DNA from: Candidatus Latescibacterota bacterium
GTDB taxonomy: Bacteria; Latescibacterota; UBA2968; UBA8231
Reading direction: 5' to 3'
DNA: 64,000 nt
Assembly (NCBI GenBank): GCA_965205655.1
Contig: CBDBIJ010000022.1
Coordinates: 1 to 64,000, forward strand
Shown here: piece after piece, positions 62,321 to 64,000 of the stretch
How positions within the stretch are numbered: position 1 is the first letter of the stretch
How the letters are laid out: each line of letters starts with the position of its first letter
Notes under the pieces: generated by a model
The model's database searches: none
What the model was told of the DNA's origin: nothing
The model's input: only the letters and a program-made list of their open reading frames with translations
Program-made: the position numbers and the translations under genes

Positions 62321-63646
62321 TTACACGGCTTCCGGCCGCCGATCGACGAAGTGCTGAAACTTGTAGCGCCCGTCGTCTCCCACCAGCTGATCCCTTCCCG
62401 TGAACTCGATGCGCGGCGTGATCTCGATGGTCCGGCTCACGCGACTGAGAACGAGCGGCTCGATCGACTCCCTGGCTTCGGGGGCACACGCCACGCGCAC
62501 CACCAGGATGTCCATGGAGAAAGGATCGGCCGGATCCGCCTTGGTCACGATGGACTGGTATTCCTCGACACCCTCGATGTCGCACAGCACCTCGTCGAGG
62601 TTTTCGGGATTAACCAGCAACCCCTTGACCTTGACCATTCGACCATGACGTCGCGGCGGACTGACGAACCGCGGGCCGGTCTTGCCGCAATCGGGACAGG
62701 GATCGACCATCAGCCGTGAAAGATCGCCCGTGGCATAGCGCAGCAGCACGGTCCCGCGCCGGTTGAGATGGCTGATGACGACGAGCCCTTCTTCGCCGTG
62801 CGGCACAGGCTCATGATTTTTCGGATCCACGATCTCCAGATGGAAGAATTCGGGGTAGGGCAAATGAAAGGCTCCCCCTTCCCTGCACTGGTAGGTCGGC
62901 CCCTGCATCTCCGTAAAGCCATAGCCGTTCTGCACTGCCACATCGGTCGCCCCAATCGCCTCGAGGCGCGCTTTGAGGTCTTCGCGAAACGGCTGCGGGC
63001 AGGGCTCGCCCATGGCAAAAACCAGGCGCACGGCGGAAAGATCAGCGCCGATCTCCTGGGCGCATATCACCAGCCTGCGCACGAAGGTGGCGATCCCCCA
63101 CAACACGGTAGTCCCATGGGCCTCGACAAAACGCACGGCCTCCTCGGTGTGGCGTCCCTCGAGCATGGGCTCGTAGCCGCGACCGGGCATGACCGTCACC
63201 ATCCGCGCTCCTGCACCCTGCGCCCCGTACTGGGCACTCAGAAATCCCTGGTGCTGAATCGCCGTGAGGGGAAACAGGTTGGCCACCACGTCGCTCTCGC
63301 CGATCCCGGTCAACTCGGCAAAGCGTTTCATCTGGGCCATGCGGGCGTAGTGGTCGTGGCTCGTGTCGTAGAACGGGGTCGGATGGTCTGTCGATCCGGT
63401 CGTGTAGATGACGTTCCACAGCGAGCGTTCCTGGATCGAGAGGTCGTCGAGATCATCGAGGGCCAGGCGGAACTGCTCGGGGTGCGCCATCCACACCGCC
63501 TTCTCGGTCACGGGAAGGCGAGCCAGGTCCTCGGGCGTATCCAGATCCTTGCGCTGCAGACCCAGTTCCCCGAACACCTTCTGATAGTGGGGATGCGCCC
63601 GAAAGCAAAGATCGATTGTTTTCCGAAAGCCGGTGAGCCGCTCCAC
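62321..63646 (-). CDS. Phenylacetate-CoA ligase (PaaK)-like adenylate-forming enzyme
   Basis: LARLPVTEK, YTTGST, GYGFTE, LLRYATGD, VKVKG. Confidence 0.85.
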   Translation of the reverse strand: MERLTGFRKTIDLCFRAHPHYQKVFGELGLQRKDLDTPEDLARLPVTEKAVWMAHPEQFRLALDDLDDLSIQERSLWNVIYTTGSTDHPTPFYDTSHDHYARMAQMKRFAELTGIGESDVVANLFPLTAIQHQGFLSAQYGAQGAGARMVTVMPGRGYEPMLEGRHTEEAVRFVEAHGTTVLWGIATFVRRLVICAQEIGADLSAVRLVFAMGEPCPQPFREDLKARLEAIGATDVAVQNGYGFTEMQGPTYQCREGGAFHLPYPEFFHLEIVDPKNHEPVPHGEEGLVVISHLNRRGTVLLRYATGDLSRLMVDPCPDCGKTGPRFVSPPRRHGRMVKVKGLLVNPENLDEVLCDIEGVEEYQSIVTKADPADPFSMDILVVRVACAPEARESIEPLVLSRVSRTIEITPRIEFTGRDQLVGDDGRYKFQHFVDRRPEAV

Positions 63647-64000
63647 GCTGGACGTTCGCTCCCTTCATCGCCGACATCGCCACCGACGATATCACGATCA
63701 GTCTTTAAAGGCGGCGTTAGCTTCTGTCAAGATGGATCGATTGCACAATCTCGAGAGAGTTGTGAAGGCGCGGGGTCGTCTCAGAAGGTCACCCGCACCA
63801 GCTCGACGGGAGGCACCTGGCCCCCCGGGGCCCCGTGTCGGACAAGCACCCCGAGGGTCAGCAGCGTGGTTGGCGTGGGCAGCGAAACGTTCACCGTATT
63901 CGGCGACTGCTCCGCTCTGGACGTCGCGCGCTCCCCCCAGCCCCTCGTCGCCCGCTGCGTGAATCAGACACCCATCGCCGATCCGACCATCGCCGATACC

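Noticed and set aside
63781..64000. Possible 3' end of a minus-strand gene (...PPVELVRVTF) with an upstream in-frame TGA, considered as selenocysteine
   Set aside because: Cut by the window edge, with no recognisable family, redox motif or SECIS-like hairpin.

Overview
GC-rich bacterial chromosomal window of mostly catabolic and accessory genes. No rRNA, tRNA, CRISPR array or prophage was seen. In order it contains: a partial ABC-F gene and ppiC; three paralogous glycosidase-like beta-propeller proteins; a Kef-type antiporter; a PhyH-family dioxygenase split by an IS30; a translationally coupled porin / CotH-kinase-beta-helix / membrane protein / VTC polyphosphate-polymerase / DUF4956 / GT-C operon; a beta-helix glycosidase, an amidase and a D-threonine-aldolase-like enzyme; an IS630 inside a secreted-protein gene; an MFS gene split by an IS30 fragment that lacks both ends; a LarA-like racemase; a ceramidase-like / dehydrogenase / P450 / O-methyltransferase operon; ettA with a divergent L7Ae-like gene; a WspR-type receiver fused to a class III cyclase with guanylyl-cyclase-like specificity residues; a DUF1016-N/thermonuclease fusion; a TetR-controlled MMPL/LolA-like/outer-membrane module (hit by an IS256) bracketed by about 95-bp direct repeats; clusters of small VOC/cupin genes; and a CoA-ligase/crotonase/hot-dog operon. 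Many frameshifts are single extra bases in homopolymers, so sequencing or consensus error is likely and pseudogene calls are provisional. All family assignments come from recognising motifs by eye; no database searches were run. The best candidates for undescribed biology are the VTC-DUF4956-CotH operon, the atypical cyclase and the DUF1016-SNase locus.
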